A stretch of 64,000 nt of DNA, taken from positions 1 to 64,000 of the forward strand of contig MEDY01000189.1 of the NCBI GenBank assembly GCA_001724265.1, in the 5' to 3' direction. The notes under the pieces were generated by a model. It saw nothing but the letters and a program-made list of their open reading frames with translations, ran no database searches and had not been told where the DNA came from. A program made the translations under genes and the position numbers. Source of the stretch: Rhizaria sp. SCN 62-66. Taxonomy: Eukaryota. This document shows, piece by piece, positions 13,801 to 26,582 of the stretch (its first letter is position 1; every line of letters starts with the position of its first letter).

Positions 13801-14187
13801 ATAACATGCAATGGGTTTATTTCAACTGGAGTCGTTTCTTCGTCTCTCTTCTATTTCCCTACCCGCCTCACCCTAAACCTCCTGTTTCCTCCCTCTTTCG
13901 TTCGCTTCGTGTAGCCCGATGACGCGATCCCCAAGGCGCTCGGCCGCGTCGTGCGCTACTCGATCTCGGCGGCGACGCTGTGCTCGGACGGCGAGTTCCG
14001 CGCCCGCTGCACGCCGGCCTCGGGGCTGGCGTCGTGGCAGATCGCGCTCATCTGTGTCGGCGCCGCCCTCGCCGCGCTCGCGCTCGCTTGGGGGCTTTAC
14101 TTCTGCTGCTGCCGGAAGAAGATCGCCAACGTCGCCATCAACGACACCAACAACCACAGCGTGTACCGCAGCATCCCCGAGTACTAA
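10859..14187 (+). CDS. Type I membrane/surface protein with IPT/TIG-like beta-sandwich repeats, 5 exons, about 879 aa
   Basis: Exons 10859-12061, 12249-12452, 12629-12832, 12987-13742 and 13915-14187, all joined by phase-0 GT-AG introns; stop is TAA. Signal peptide MRFLNGVITLLALAYSATLAVA. TIG-like VTVTVGGITCT..FVCTLP and VTVSGLPCT..VTCLL. C-terminal TM helix, then CCCRKK and a YRSI sorting-type motif. Confidence 0.85.
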
Positions 14188-15024
14188 GGCGGCGGAGTGC
14201 GCGAGAGCGTGAGGACGAAAGCAAGTTGGCAGGCTAAAAAAGAGAAATGACTTAGCCCAATGCAACTTGAAGTGTTTTTTTAATCGATCGAGCAGTGGTA
14301 TTTGCTCTGTTACATGTGTTGTTTATATTATAATGTACGCCCTTTTGTTTTTGTATTACATTTGCTGTTAGATTGTCCATTGTATATCTTGTATTTGTAT
14401 GACTGTTGTTGTAGAGACTTGTTATATAATGCTCAGTTGTCAACCTTCGAACGTGTATCACAGCTCTAAGGTTAAACACAAGCCGGTTTGTATTTTTGCG
14501 TCCTATTCGTTGCAATTGTTAACGTTTTATTTGTGTTCTGACTTGCAGTTAAGGTCGTTGTCGCTGTTTCTGCAACGATCTCCAATAACGAAAAGGCGTT
14601 CGCGAGACGAACAACATATTTGCTAGAAGCAATAATAATATGAAATTCTGTCAATAAACTACGGATCACGTATTTAAGCGCAATCTATTTTCAAATATGC
14701 ATTTATCTCATGAAGATATACGCGCAAGCATGCCGTACGCGTGTCATTTGAATCCATGATTCATGATTCAACCGCTGGCCCGCAACCGGACCCTCCGCTG
14801 CGTCCGCAGAACGACGAGGCCAGCGCTGAGTGGTATCCGGGGCTTTCAAACTCGAACAACCGCGAATTTTATTTGACATCTGGTCGAGATGCTTATACTG
14901 CAGATTCCGATATATTTACCAATTTTGGATTTCATGCACATGTCCGCCGTAATCCTCATCCCCGTTCACTGCTTACCACCCTGCCCTGCCTCGCTCTCTC
15001 TGCCACTCTCGCCCGTGCCCACAG

Positions 15025-17091
15025 ATGCGCATCACGACCTTTCTGCTCGCCCTGTTTGCGTGTCTGTCTTCGGTCGCGCTTGCCGCGGCTCCCATCAACA
15101 CGCAATTCCTGCAGCACCGCACCAAGACGACGCTGCTGGGTGAGTTCTCTTTCCCGGCGCCCGGCGGCTGGCTCAACATCACCACCGATGAAGTCTTCGC
15201 GTCGCTCCCCAAGAACTTCTCCGAGCAACTCTACCACTTCCGCTTTGCGCTGTGGGTTGCGCAGACTGCGCAGTCGCTCGACGAGGATCCTGTCTGCGAG
15301 CAGGAGGACTGGCGCAACCCCGTGGCACCGGTCGCAGCGCTGCATTCCCTGCTCTCGCCCATGTGGTGGCGCAGTCACACGCTGTCGTACCGCGTGCCCA
15401 AGGCCGGCGCGTACTTCGTCTACCTGTCCAACTGCGAGTCCGTCGCCGCGGTGTCGCTCATCAGCTCGCTGGCCTACTCGGGGGGCGCGCACGTGGCCAA
15501 CTCGGCCGCGCCCGCTGCCGCCGTCGACTCGCTCCGCGGGCCCCCGCGTGTGTACCACAAGGTCGACTACAGCGTTCCACCCGCCATCGCCGTCTCTGTG
15601 CTCGCCGCGCTCCCGCTGCTCGCCTGGTGCGCCTACCTGCTCATCCGCGCGCGCGCCTCTGCGGGCAAGCCGCAGGCGCTGCTGGCGCTGTCGATGGCCG
15701 TCAAGGTGGCCGCCCTTTCGGTGGGCGCGCAGATGATCGCCTCGGCGCACGGCTACGGCATCTTCGCCGACCAGGCCGCGTTCCGCGTCACTCTGGGCCC
15801 GCTCTCGGTCGCCTTGGGCGTGCTCAGCGCCGCCGCGCTCCTGCCCATCCTGCTCGCCGGAGCGCTCCTCTTCTCCACTCTGGCCCCCACGCTGCCCTCG
15901 GCGGTGACACGCACGGCTTACTTCCTCCTCGCCGTCGCCGCCGTCTCGGCCGCGGGCTCTGCGCTGACGCTCACGCACGAGTACGCCGCCACCTCGGCTT
16001 CTGGCGCCACCGCGCCCGCCGCGACGTACCCCACGCCCGGCGTGTCGTTGCAGCTCGCCTTCGCGCTCACGGCCTTCACCGCCGTCGCCGTCACGGTCAT
16101 CCTCGCGACGATCACCGCGCACACCTACACGCGCGCCGCTGAGCTCGCTTCCCCCGCCGCCACAGCCGCCGCCAGCGCCGCCGCGGGCCCTGCCTCGCCA
16201 TCTTCCGTCGCCTCGACGGCATCCACTGCGGCTGCCCTCTCTCCGAATGCGGTCGCGAGCGACGTGTACGACGACGACGACAACGATGCCGACGACCTCG
16301 AGACCTCGCGCACCGCCGCCGGCGCCGGCTTTGGCGCCGGCAGCGCCCGCGGTCCCGGCCCCAAGCGCCGCAAGCTTGCTGCGGCCGTGACGGCCGTGAC
16401 TGCCGCGGCGGCCGCCCGCGCCGCCGCGAGCGCGCGCCGCCACGGTGTGTCCCCGGCCGTCGCGGCGGCGCGTTTGCGCGGCTTCTCGGTGGTCTTCGCG
16501 GGTGCGGTGCTGCCCGCCGCGACGGCCGCGCTGGCGGACCAGCTCTACCTGCGCGCGGGCCCCGCGGCGGCGACGCAGCGCGTGGTCGTCGGCGGCGCGG
16601 TGGCGCTCGCGAGCTTCGCCATGAGTTGCTTCGTGCTCTGGCCCAGCGGTAAGCACCAGTACTCGAGCCTGGGCGTCGCGGCCGGGCTGGGGGCGATGGG
16701 CGCGGGCGCGGGCGCCGGGGCGGGGGCCGCGGGCGGCTACGATGAGTTCGAGGAGGATGAGGATTACGAGTACAACAACGCCCACAACGAGAGCACAGTC
16801 AGCAACGGCAGCATCGCCGTCAAGCGCAGCGGCAACAACGCCGATGACGGCATGTCTTTGGAGATGACCACGATGGCCCACTCGAGCAGCAGCTCCAACG
16901 GCAACAACGCCAACGGCCACCTGGCGCGCGCGGCCAGCGGCCACAGCGCAGGCAACGGCAGCGGCGGCAGCGGCAACGACAACGCCGGGCACGGCCCGAA
17001 CCACGGCGCCGACGCCAGCGAGCTGCAGATGTACGCCGTCGCCGCGCCCGCGCCCGCCAACGACGACGACATTAGCCTCACCGACGCCTAA
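15025..17091 (+). CDS. Signal-peptide multi-pass membrane protein, GOST/GPR107-GPR180-like (tentative)
   Basis: Single 688-aa ORF ending in TAA. Signal peptide, luminal domain (LLGEFSF; AGAYFVYLSNCE), about 7 hydrophobic segments and an acidic tail. Family inferred from architecture. Confidence 0.65.
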   Translation: MRITTFLLALFACLSSVALAAAPINTQFLQHRTKTTLLGEFSFPAPGGWLNITTDEVFASLPKNFSEQLYHFRFALWVAQTAQSLDEDPVCEQEDWRNPVAPVAALHSLLSPMWWRSHTLSYRVPKAGAYFVYLSNCESVAAVSLISSLAYSGGAHVANSAAPAAAVDSLRGPPRVYHKVDYSVPPAIAVSVLAALPLLAWCAYLLIRARASAGKPQALLALSMAVKVAALSVGAQMIASAHGYGIFADQAAFRVTLGPLSVALGVLSAAALLPILLAGALLFSTLAPTLPSAVTRTAYFLLAVAAVSAAGSALTLTHEYAATSASGATAPAATYPTPGVSLQLAFALTAFTAVAVTVILATITAHTYTRAAELASPAATAAASAAAGPASPSSVASTASTAAALSPNAVASDVYDDDDNDADDLETSRTAAGAGFGAGSARGPGPKRRKLAAAVTAVTAAAAARAAASARRHGVSPAVAAARLRGFSVVFAGAVLPAATAALADQLYLRAGPAAATQRVVVGGAVALASFAMSCFVLWPSGKHQYSSLGVAAGLGAMGAGAGAGAGAAGGYDEFEEDEDYEYNNAHNESTVSNGSIAVKRSGNNADDGMSLEMTTMAHSSSSSNGNNANGHLARAASGHSAGNGSGGSGNDNAGHGPNHGADASELQMYAVAAPAPANDDDISLTDA

Positions 17092-19496
17092 GGTCGCCGA
17101 CTCACGGCCACTGCCCCCGGTCGTTCAGCATCGTTATTGTTGCTGTACCCGCAGCGTTGTTATTGTTTGCGATTTCGTTTCAAGCGATTTCACCATATCT
17201 CTTGTCTTTTCTATCTTTCGTTTTTATTTTATTTTTTTCTTGCTGTTGATTCGCAAATAACTGCTCGTGACAGAGTTTGCCCTGTGTTTCTTTCGTTAAC
17301 GCCAGCGCTCTGTCATGTTTGCTCGTGGCTCGTGAGCTTTTGCGTCGTTTGCCTTGTTTTGTCACGATCCCTCTTCCCACTTCTGCGGTCGCGTGTATTC
17401 TTGTTTCTCACCGACTCTCGCGGCTCATAGATAGGTATATACGGAGATACCCCACGGTATTTGGCTGGCGTCGGCTTTCGCTTGACGCGCCGGCCTACCT
17501 CCCTTGCTCAACTGTCCGCTTCGCGCCAACCACCTACAGCCAAGCGGCGCTGCGGCAGCAGATCCAGTCGGGCTCTCTCTCCCTCGCACGCTGTGTCTAG
17601 CGACAAGTTTGGCGCTCTTTTTGTTTGTTGTATCTTATTCGATGTATTTGTTGTTTAGCTAGCTAGTGCGCGCGTATATGTGTATGTGTATATATATGTC
17701 GTGTCTGCGTTTCTTTTCTTTTGCAAACAGTTTTTTTTTCCTAGTACATTTGCCCTACGTTTGTCCTTTAAATAGTGTAGCTGCAATGCTGCCACCCGCG
17801 TTTTCTCGTTTGCTTTTAACCTGTGTCTTTACCCGTTCTCTCTCGCTCGCCTGCTTGCATCTGTCTCTGTGTGGGCGCTTTCTCGGTGTCCGTGGTATCA
17901 TTTTACTCAATAACAGCCCTATCGCCGTCATTACCCACCGCACCAGTCAGTCCCCACCCTGCAGACCCAGCATTCACACCCGCACTTGCGTCAGCCATCG
18001 ACGGTATTCTCAGCAGCAGCATAGCATTCGCAGCATGGTCAGCAGCAGCTGCAACGGCAGCTGCAGCAACACACCGCTCCCAGCAGCCGCCGCCTTTTCC
18101 GCAGCCGCCGTGCCGGCCCCGCATATGGCCCCCCGTATGCGGGCCCCCAAACGGCCCTGCTCTCAGCTCTGCGCCTGGCACCGCGCGACGCCGCAGTGAT
18201 GCACTGCGGCGCCGTGCCACGTGGCTACATGGCCACCGCCGCCACCGCCGCCGCCACTGCCCGCAGCGGCCGCAACTACAGCAGCTCCGCACTTCACTCG
18301 CACACTCCCTCACCTTATCATGCCACCGCCTCCTGAATCACATCCTCGCCTTTCCTTCCACATTCTCATTCACATGCACATTAACACTAGATTCGCCACA
18401 TCTTTCCTTTGCGCGACACAACGCTGACGACGCGGTCGGTGTGTCCGCTGGTGAGTCTTTGATTTTTCTCTTCGTTTTCGTTTTGTTCGTTTTCGTTTTG
18501 TTCGTTTTCGTTTTTCGTTCATCATTTGTGTCGTTTTCGTGTTGTATCTCGCGCGATAGACATTAGAGTCACTAGAATGAGGAGCTTCGAGAGCTTTTGC
18601 CCTCGTGCTTCTGTTTTCCCTCTTTATTGTTTTTGTCCATGATTTGTTTTTGCTTTTGGCTTCCTTAGTTCGCAGTCGTTGTATTTGGATGCAACGTTTG
18701 TCGGTCAGACTGGCCGCCACCCCCAGTCTGACTCGGCCACATAATATCGTTCTTGGCTGTGGCCCGTACGTAGCCGGCCTGCTCCCGCCTCGTCTCTGCC
18801 TCCCCGCTCGCCCCCGCTTGCACGGTGCTTGTCTGGGGGGATCTTGGTGTAGGGGAGACTTGTGGGTGGTTTTCCGCTCTTGCTGTCGCGATACATACGA
18901 TGTCGTTCACAGTGTGTGGACGGAACGCAACAAGAACGATGTTCAACAACGATACTCACTCTGACTTCTAAAACTGCGACATCAATGACGACGACAACAT
19001 TAACTTCAATCTCAACACTAACAACAATGACTATAGCTATGACAGTAATGACGACTACCAAGACGCTGACAACGGCGATGACTGATGACAGCAACGATAA
19101 CGATGACGACGACGACGATGATGGTGATGACGACGATTTTGACTGTTTGCAACTCTTCATATCGCGATCAGACGCTCTTGTGCCGCCTCTCGCTATCCAT
19201 TGCTGCTGTCTTGGCTCGCTGCCAATGCCTTTTGTAGTGCCGCTGCTATCTATTTTGTTTTCGTTGTATTCGTCTCCTTTTTCTCAATTCACACATGTTT
19301 TCCCATATACATGGAAGTACATGTAATACAAATATAATCTAAATCACACATATTTGAAAAAAGTTTGCTGCTTGCAACCACATTGATCACGAGTATAAAT
19401 ACGCTAAGCTAAGCTAAGTAACAATTGGTGCGGTTAAAATAAGCATTTCTCTGAAGGGCGCATCAGCCTCCGCCTCCCTGACACAGAGCCTGAGCC

Positions 19497-21937
19497 TCAC
19501 TGCCAGAGACAGAGAGCCCCGTCGACGCCCGCAGTGAGAAGCTGCCCCCGGTCGCGGCCGGTCACGGCGTCCGGCGGCCGCGCCGCCACGGAGCCCACGG
19601 CGCCGGTGTGGCACGGAGGGCCCGCGAACGCAGAGCCGAGGCCGCGAGCGCGGGTGTGGCTATGGCTATCGTGGGCGTAGGCGTGCGGGGCGAGCGTGCG
19701 CGCGCAGTCGATGACGCGGCCGCGGACCGGCACCCCCGGCGCGCACAGCCAGTCCATATCGCGGCCCCGGCCCCGGCCACGGCCGCTGCGGCGGCCACTG
19801 GCGCTGTCACCGGCGGCGACAGTGTAGTCGTCGGTGTAGGTGTGTGGGTCGGTGGGGAAGACGTGCAGGAGGCCGTCTTCGGAACCGGACACGATCGCGC
19901 TGTCGCCGGACACAAAGGCACTGATACAACAACATAAGCAATCAATTAAAAAAATATTAAAAGAGAGCATCGCGTGAGAAATTGATAGCTTGGTATATCG
20001 TATCGATTCGAGAGCGAACTGTGGTGGTTTTAGTGTTGCGTACCATTCAATTTTGTAGTTTTTGGACACTGGGCCCTGGTAGGCCTGCAGCAGCGTCCCG
20101 TCGGCGCGGTCCACGAGCCGCAGCACCGAGAACACGCCTGACCCGCTGTCGGCGGCGGCGCGCACGCGGGCGCGGGCGCGCGCGGCGAGCAGGCGGCGTG
20201 CCTGCGACTGTGACAGCAGTGGTGCCCGGCCGCCGGACGTGCGAGAGGCGTCGCTCTTGCCCTTATGAGTAGAGCCGGCGCCGTCGTCGTTGCCGTCGTC
20301 GTCGCCACTGCCGCCCGTGTCGTAACCGCTGTCACTGTCTTCGTCGTTGTCATTGTCAGTGCCGCTATTGCCATCGTCGTCGCTGCCGCCGCTGTCGCTG
20401 CCGCCGCTGTCGCTGCCGTCACAGCTGAAGGCCGGCCCCAGCCGCCCCAGGCTCTTGTCCTGTTCCAGCTCCCGCAGCTCCCGCACGAGCGCGCGCTTAC
20501 GCTCACGCGCACTCGTCTTGCTGCCGCTGCTACAGCGACTGCCGTCAGCGCTGCTTGTAAGCCCTGCCTTGCTACTGACCGTCTTCGCCGTCGCCGTCGC
20601 CGTGCCGGTGTCGGCGCTTGCAGTCATACTCGCGGTCGAAGAGCGCAGCGCGGTAGGCAATGTCTGCGCCAGGTAGCCCGCCCCATCAGCCGTCACGGCG
20701 AGCCACGTGACGGGCGCGCCCAGGCTGTCCGCGGCGACGCCGCCGTGGCGCAGGTCGAAGCTGCGCACCGTCCCGTCCAGACTCGCGCACAGCAGGCCGT
20801 ATCCTGCACCGCCGCCGCCGAGAGCGCCGCTGCCGTCAGCGCTTTCTCCGGCGGCGGTGAGGGCGGGGCGAACGCAGCTGACGCCGTCAGTAAAGCCCGT
20901 GAGCACCTGCAGCACGGGCCGTGCGCGCGCCCGCGGATCCCACAGGTGCACGGAGTAGTCGGTCGAGGCGGTGGCAACCACGAAGTCGCCCAGGGCGCCC
21001 GCGTTGCCGCCCGCGCTCAAGCCGACAGCGGCACTGGCGGTGGCACCCGCAGCGGCAGCACTCTTGTTGTTGCTGGTGGGCTTGCTGCTGTTGCTGCTGT
21101 TGAAGCGCTCTGGGGGTGCGAAGTGGGTGATCGAGGGCAGCAGGCAGACGCTGTTGATGCGGGCAGAGTGGCCGCGCAGCTTGAGCACGCAAGTCGCTGT
21201 GGGCACGTCCCACAGGTATCCGTCGCGGTCGCCGCCGACGGAGACCACGCGCGACGAGTCGGCAGAACTGGGAAGCAAAGCGATAAATGCAACAAATACA
21301 AAGCAGCACAAGATATCAAAAAAGGGATATACCGATGAGATAGCTTCGTATCATGACGAAAATAGGATGTAGTTCAAATATAATATAATATAGATTATGA
21401 CACAGAGAGACTGCGCAGTTCAGGCGCTAAGCGTGTGATATCTCGTGAAATGCGTTGCGAGTGTGACGTACATGGCGAGATCCAGCACGTCGTAGCCGTG
21501 CGAGCCGCGGAGGCTGGTGACGTAATGCGGCGCCGTGCGCTGCAGCGCGCCCGTCTGCGCGGACGCGTGCTCCAGCAGCTCGCTGCAACAGCAGCGCCGA
21601 GTCATAGAGCGAAAAGGAGGGAAAACAAGGAGTGAGTGAGTGTTGTAACGCGCGCATCGCAAAACGAGTCAAGAGAGACGCCAACCAAGAGAGAATACAA
21701 AGCAAGAGCATGGAGGTGCATATAGAGTTTGCAGCAGCCATACCTCTCGCTGCAGTCGACGAAGGGGTTCCACAGGTGCACAGCCTTGTCCTGCCCGGCC
21801 GCGAAGACGTGCGACCCCGAGGGCGAGAAGCGCGCTACCCAGAGCGGCTGAGCAGACGCCTGCAGCTTCAACACGCAGTCCTGCGGGCCCGCCGCGGCCG
21901 CGGACGAGTCAGAGTCGGAGCCAGAGTCGCGCGGCAT
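19497..21937 (-). CDS. WDR83: WD40 repeat protein WDR83/MORG1, 4 exons
   Basis: Exons 21937-21744, 21582-21472, 21267-20044 and 19920-19497; stop is TGA. Motif order matches WDR83: ARFSPSGSHVFAAGQDKAVHLWNP, HGYDVLD, SVGGDRDGYLWDV..LRGHSARINSV, SVHLWDPR..PVLQVL..FTDGVS, SLDGTVRSFDLR, LRLVDRADGTLLQAYQG..NYKIEC, SGSEDG. Confidence 0.88.
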
Positions 21938-22511
21938 CGGGCGCGGGACGGGCGCGGGGGCGCGGGGGCTGCGCCGGGGGTGCGCGAGGCAGGTCTGGAC
22001 ACAGGGGGTGGGAGACGTCGACTTGCTTCGGGAACAAGGTCTAACAAGAGTTTTAGTAAACTGCACGGTGATATGTTCGTCAGTTGGTGTGAGTTTTTAG
22101 AATTAAAGTTAAATTTTCATTTATAAAATTATCACTAAATTACAGTTGAGTATGATGCCGAGAAGTGTGTTTTCTGCATGCATTTCGAGCGACGTGGCGT
22201 GGTCCTTCGTCGCTCCTTGGCATAAACAACTATCTTCGAAGATACCGCCACCACAATGGAACTTTGTAGCATTTTTACGTTTGAATCACAGGGGTAATGA
22301 TGTTTTAATTGCAAATCTCGAGCGAATCTTGTTCCAGCACAAGTTACGCCTGGCATATTAACCAGAACTCGTCCTTCGCGTCCTGTCGGCCTTGGAGGAG
22401 GGGAGCTGCTTTGTTCAATTGTCAGTCTCTAAATCAAACTAAATCGCAGAATACTCACAAAACATTGTCCTTCATCATACTCCGCGCCTTTTCTATCTTG
22501 TTTCAGTGGCG

Positions 22512-24295
22512 ATGTCGCAGAACCTGCTCACCGCCGCGTCAGCCTCGACCGCGCGCCTGGCGTCCCGCGCCCGCGCACTGTCCTTCCCGCCCTCGGCCGT
22601 CTCCGCGCTCTCCGCCTCGGTCACCCTTGCCCCGCTCCGCCCCCTTGCCACCGCCACGGCCGCCGCCTTTGCCACTGCCGCCGGCGCGCCCGGCTCCGGC
22701 GCACGCCACTACCCGTCTCTGTCTGCGCGGCCCCCGATCGTGACTGGAAACGTGTATGATGGTTTCGCCAGCGCTGTGGGCAACACTCCGCTCATCCGCC
22801 TCGCTGACGCCTCCGCGCGCACCGGCTGCGAGATCTACGGCAAGGCCGAGTTTATGAACCCTGGAGGCTCCGTCAAGGACCGCGCTGGTACGTCTGGCGT
22901 CTTGTGGCTTCAACAACGCTTGATATTCTTTCATGCTGTGTTTCTGTTTATGACGTTGAGAAAGTCGAAGCGCCGTATAACTTGACTTCTTTGATTCATT
23001 CTTTTGCGAGCGCATCATTACAGTAAGACCGGATGTTAACTCCTATGAATCCACTGTCTTATTTTTCTCAATATGTCGCCGAATATCTCCGCCCCTCTCC
23101 CCAGGCTTGTACCTTGTCGCGGCCGCCGAGGCCCAGGGCATTCTGACCCCCGGCCAGCCCGGCATCATCGTCGAGGGCACTGCGGGCAACACCGGCATTG
23201 GCCTTACGCTCGCCGCCAACGCGCGTGGCTACCGGTACGAACAGCGAGCGACAGATCGTGCTCTGAAACGGAGCTTTGCTGTCAATGTCATCGTGATACC
23301 TTTGCTCACCGTGCTCTCATCTTATTATCCTGTTTGTCGTTACTTTTTTTATTTAAATATTCCCCAGCACGATCATCGTGATCCCGGAGACGCAGTCGCA
23401 GGAAAAGAAAGACACGCTGCGCTTCTGCGGCGCGCAGCTCATCGAGGTCCCCGCCGTGCCCTTCTCCAACCCGGCAAACTACGTGCACATCGCCGCCCGA
23501 CTTGCGCGCGCGCTGCAGACGCACCCCGCGCGGCCGTGCCCAGTGCACTACGCCAACCAGTGGGACAGTGTGGCGAACCGTGCGGCGCATGTCGAGGGCA
23601 CGGGCCCCGAAATCTGGGCGCAGCTCAAGGGCCGCGTCGACGCCTTCAGCTGCGCGATGGGCACCGGCGGCACGCTCGCCGGCACAGCGGCGGCGCTGCG
23701 CGCGCGGAACCCCGACGTGGTGATCGGGCTCACGGACCCGCTGGGCGCTGTGCCGGCGACTTTCTACACGACGGGCAAGGCTGTCGCGGGACAGGGCTCG
23801 TCGGTCGCGGAAGGCATCGGCCAGGGCCGCATCACGGGCAACATGGGCACGCCCTTCCCCGAGGACAACGCGGCCGCTGCCGCGCCGGGCGTGTTCCGCC
23901 CCGACCGCGTGTTCGAGGTGGACGACGCGGCGGCGATCGCGGAGCTCAACGCGCTGACGCTGCACGAAGGCCTCCAGGTCGGCCTCTCCTCGGGCATCAA
24001 CGTCGCGGGCGCGGTGAAGCTCGCGCGCGAGCTGGGCCCTGGCAAGACGCTCGTGACCGTGCTGTGCGACGGCGCGATGCGCTACGCGGGCAAGATGTAC
24101 AACCCGTCGTTCTTGCGCGCTAAGGGGCTCCCCGTGCCGCAGTGGCTCGACACCGAGGCCAAGCCCGACTGCAACAGTAGCGGCACGGGTGCGGCCGCGA
24201 CGGCGCAGGCGCTGCTGCCGTTCGACCTGGGCGAGCTCGTCAAGCAGGCCATTGCGGGGACCGAGCTGAGCCCCAAGCCGCCGGGCGTGGCCTGA
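22512..24295 (+). CDS. cysK: Cysteine synthase (O-acetylserine(thiol)lyase, PLP-dependent) with probable mitochondrial presequence, 3 exons
   Basis: Exons 22512-22887, 23105-23234 and 23368-24295; stop is TGA. Motifs [24 protein letters not shown] (PLP lysine), [35 protein letters not shown]-terminus is Arg/Ala/Ser-rich and lacks acidic residues. Confidence 0.95.
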
Positions 24296-24721
24296 GCGCG
24301 CACGCTGCGGTCGGGCTACTGGGAGGCGTGGGGAATGTGCAGTGACTGGAGGCGTGACTATGGACAGCTTGCAGGCTGATAAGTGACGAAGCTATGTGCT
24401 TTGTCTGATGAATTGGCCATATTATGGTACAATGACATGACGAACAGCTTCCTAACAAGTATTCGATTACACAATTGCAACTTATCCACGATGAATTTAC
24501 CTTCGTCAGGAACAATAACACATCAAATATGTATATGTAATATTGTTATAGCAGAACACAACAGATGACAACCTGTGAACAGCTGAATGGAAATTACACA
24601 CATTAACACGGAAAAATACTGAAACATCATCCTCAACAGAAACGCACAAAAACTTCATTCTCCAAGTCGTCTTATATACATTGAAGTCGCGCGATCCTCG
24701 GGCCCTCAAACGAGGTCGCCC

Positions 24722-26582
24722 TTAGACGAGCTCGCCCTTGCAGGCCTCGCCGCCCGCGCAGGGCTGGAAGGGGAACGTGTCGGGCACGACGCCGACGTGG
24801 CTGGTCGCGCGGGACGGCGCCGTGGTCGCGGCGGGCCCGCCGGGTGGCAGCGGGAGTCCGGGAAACTGGAACTCGAGGAAGAAGCCCCGGTAGAGACCCT
24901 CCTGCGCGGGCGCGGGCTCGTTGTGGTGGACCTCCCAGACCTCCAGCCCCGTGGCCTCGTCCGTGACAGGCTCCGCAAGATGGGTAACGTCGGCCTCGAC
25001 CCACACCAGCGGGTTCAGGCACAGGTCGTCGCTGACGGGCACCGCGCACGGCGTCTCGGGCAGCCGGCGGCGCAGCATGCGGAAGTCGCGGCGCAGCGGC
25101 GTCCCGCCCGCCGTCGTCGTCGCGCGCCACAGCGTCACGCGCGAGGGCTTCGCGGACGCGCGCGCGACGAGCGAGCGCGAGCCCTTGCCCGGCAGCAGCG
25201 TCGAGGCGACCGTGGGCGGCAGCATGCGCGCGGTGAGGGCGGTGACGAAGCCGGCGATGCCCGCGAGCATGGTCTTGAGCCCCGTCGCCATGGTGTGCTC
25301 GGCGTTGGGCACCGTGAGCAGGTAGTTGGCGTCACCGCCCAGTCCGTCAAAAAAGTGCGCGGGGTTTGTCATGTCAAAGAACTCGTCGCCCGTCGCAGAG
25401 CAGATGAGCCTGAAACAAAAAGGCGCAACGAAAAGTGTCAATATCGAGAAGGTATGAGTGCGATAAGATATTTAATCATCAAGGTGTTCGACTGAGTAAA
25501 TAAAAATAAATTATTGCACTAATAACACACAAATAAATGTATCAATAGCAGTACATGTCAATAGTAGATCAATTACGCGAATATTTGAAAATCATCCAAA
25601 TGGTTGTTCCGTGACATGTGACGTACTTGGGAACCTGCGCGAGCTCCTCGCGGTAGCTCCAGGGGTCGACAACCGCGGTGAGGCGCTCCATGTCCTTAGA
25701 GCGGAGCAGCTGTGTGACGCCCTCGCGCACGTAGTCCTTGAAGGCGAAGGTCCAGCCGCCGAGCGACTCGTACATCTGCGAGATGCCGCGCTCGAAGTTA
25801 AGCAGGTTGAACACGATGGGGATGATGCCCAGCACGCGGCGCCGCGCGGGCGCCAGCGAGGCGTCGTAGGCGCCCGCAAGCCAGGACGTGGCGCCGCGCT
25901 TGGAAGCGCCCGCGATGACGAACTGGCCGACGCCCTGGCCGTCGAAGAGCGTTGCCGTGAAGGCCGTGACTGTGTCCATGGCGCGGACGGCAGCGCGCGC
26001 CATCGGCAGGTAAACGGCGAACTCCTCGCAGCCCGTGCGGATGTACTCCATCCAGGAGTAGGCCACGAGCGAGTCCTCGCCGCGCTCCTTGCGCTCCTTG
26101 TCCGAGTAGAAGACCGTGGGCTGGTTGGGGACCTGGTACAGCACGGCCGTCACGATTCCCGTCTCGGTGGCGATGCGGCCGGCCATGACGTGCGCCACGT
26201 CGTCGTCGCCATAAGGCACGGCGGTGTTCTTGCCCTCGGCAACGAGCAGCGCGCCCGCGGAGAGGCTGGTGAGCTTGTCGGGGACGATGACGAGCAGGTC
26301 GTGCCACCACACGGAGCGCGAGACGTAGCTGTCGTTGAGCCAGCGCCCGGAGGTCATGTTGAGCACGTGGCCCGTCCAGCCGTCGCCCGCGAGCGTCTGC
26401 CCCGTCGGCGTCCACGAGTACTCGGGGCTGGGCGCGGCCACGAAGCGGTACAGCGCGTCGTTGAGCGCGGCCGAGGCGGGCGCCACCAGGGACGCGGCCA
26501 CGAGGAGCAGCGCCGCAGCCGCCAGCAGCAGCGCCTGGGGGGACATGCGCGTCGCGGCCCGGGGAGAAGCCAGAGCAGGCAT
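24722..26582 (-). CDS. Secreted PqaA / AprA-family (PhoPQ-activated pathogenicity-related) alpha/beta-hydrolase-like protein, 2 exons
   Basis: Exons 26582-25627 and 25409-24722; stop is TAA. Signal peptide. Motifs LNMTSGRWL, WWHDLLVIVP, QVPNQP, EDSLVAYSW, LPMARAAVRAMD, GASKRGATSW, PKLICSATGDEFF, VPNAEH. Confidence 0.88.

Noticed and set aside
19921-20043. ORF track reads straight through this segment of WDR83
   Set aside because: It is a 123-nt, stop-free, AT-rich GTACGC..CAG intron. Removing it restores YKIEC..SGSEDG.
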